DNA from: the human T2T-CHM13v2.0 reference genome, Homo sapiens
Length of the DNA stretch: 64,000 nt
Strand: one strand, 5' to 3'
NCBI RefSeq assembly: GCF_009914755.1
Contig: NC_060929.1
The position numbers were made by a program, and so were the translations under genes. Positions 62,686-64,000 of this stretch are shown here, in pieces (within the stretch, counting starts at the first letter, position 1; the number at the start of each line of letters is the position of its first letter). A model generated the notes under the pieces. The model was not told where the DNA came from. It was given only the letters and a program-made list of their open reading frames with translations, and ran no database searches.

Positions 62686-63421
62686 TGTAATTGCCCAATG
62701 AGTTCTTCTTGCCTGCTGTACAGATAGAGCCTATTCACTGAGACAGTGCTATTGCAGTGGAGAAAGAGCTTAATAAATGCAGACCTAGCCAAACCAGAAG
62801 GATGGGAGTCTATTACTCAGAACAGCTTCCCTAAAAGGTCAGAGGCTAGGGTTTTTCAAAGATAGTTTGGCAGGAAGAGGGAGAGGGAATGGAAAATGCT
62901 GATTGGTTGGGGATGAAATCATAGAGGTGTGGAAAATGGTCCTCTTGCACTGAGTCAGCTTCTGGGTGGAGGCCTCAGGACCGGTTGAGTCATGAGTCAC
63001 CAGTCCAGGTAGAGTCAGCTGGTCACCAGAATGCAAAGGTCTGAAAAAAAAAATCAAAAGACCCATCTTAGGTAATACTCTAGTGATGTTATCTATAGGG
63101 GCAATTAGGGAAGTTACAAATATTGTGACTTCTTGCAATGGCTGGTTATTGTTTCACTATGCCCACTTTTAGCAGAGTTCAGGCCATCTTGTGGCCTTCC
63201 TTTAGTTTTACACAGGCAGTTTCTGTTCCCAAAAAGAAGGGGATAGTTTTGGGAACAGCTATTGTCATCCTTGCTTTAAGGTAAACCATAAACTAAGTTC
63301 CTTCCAAAGTTAGCTTGGCCTATGCGCAGGAATGAATAAGGACAGCCCAGAGATTAGAAGCAAGATGGAGTCAGCTATGTCAGATTTCTCTTACTATCAT
63401 AATTTTGCAAAGGTGGTTTCA
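62686..63421 (-). mobile_element. LTR8-family (LTR8B-like) ERV1 solo LTR
   Basis: TGTAATTGCCCAATGAGTTCTTCTTGCC...AGGTGGTTTCA termini; homologous to the 35612-36278 element. Confidence 0.82.
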
Positions 63422-63876
63422 GTGGGGGTGGTAGTGACCAGTATATCTGTCAGTGGTTTTCATATACTACTGCTCATAAGAATGCCCTTTTGGAGCTTGG
63501 TAAAATACAGACTTCTAGGATCCTGACAATCACTTTAAATGTAACAGGTATACAGTATACAGGTATACAGTAACAGATGTCTGATTTTTATAGCAGGCAC
63601 TCTGAGTAATTTCTGATAAAGGTGGTCAAGGAGCAGCATTTTGAGAAATATTGGTACCCTGTGCCTAGGCAGTCTGTGTGGGTGAGGGTCTCGACCTCTC
63701 AGATCGTAAATTTACAGAGATCCTGGTGTTCTGGGATATGTGAGTTTTAGATAGTCTGGTTTAATTAATTAAAGGAGACACATATTGCTAATCTTTGTGG
63801 CTCAGGAAAATTTTATCAAAGGTACATTTTCCTCCATTTTGGAGTTAAGGGTTTTGTTCTTGCAGGAAGTTTGAGG

Positions 63877-64000
63877 GTGTCTTAATCAGCTCAGCTGCCA
63901 TAACAAAAGGCCATGAATGCAGTGGCTTAGATAATAGACATGTATTTCTCACAGCTCTGAAGAGTGGAAATCTGAGATCAGGGTGCCAACATGGTTGGAT
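63877..64000 (-). mobile_element. MLT1-type LTR running off the window edge
   Basis: GCTGCCATAACAAAA...GGCTTAGATAATAGAC...TCTCACAGCTCTG. Confidence 0.8.

Overview
Primate (human-like) genomic DNA dominated by interspersed repeats, with no intact protein-coding gene that I can support. Almost every ORF in the supplied track is Alu-, L1-, LTR- or microsatellite-derived. The only gene-derived sequence is a minus-strand processed pseudogene of TSR1 (about 52489-54777). It carries two internal deletions and sits in a three-layer nest (old L1MA 3' end, then a FLAM Alu monomer, then the retrocopy). Other large elements are a near-full-length but decayed L1MA (16641-25952) carrying an MSTA LTR and five Alus, an internally deleted THE1 provirus, and solo LTRs of the MER50, THE1, MLT2A and LTR8 families. 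I find no evidence for a new multi-gene biological system. The most interesting signals are small: (1) the TSR1 retrocopy's first deletion looks like a fossil mis-spliced mRNA; (2) a 94-bp locally templated insertion; (3) an apparent retrocopy of only the R region of a MER50-type LTR; (4) a CTCF-like motif at the edge of a CpG-retaining unique segment; (5) three AP-1 sites in an LTR8B-like LTR; (6) an L1PA insertion with a roughly 18-nt twin-priming inversion. Repeat subfamily calls and the TSR1 comparison come from remembered consensus sequences and need RepeatMasker/Dfam and BLAST confirmation. Edges of old repeats are approximate.
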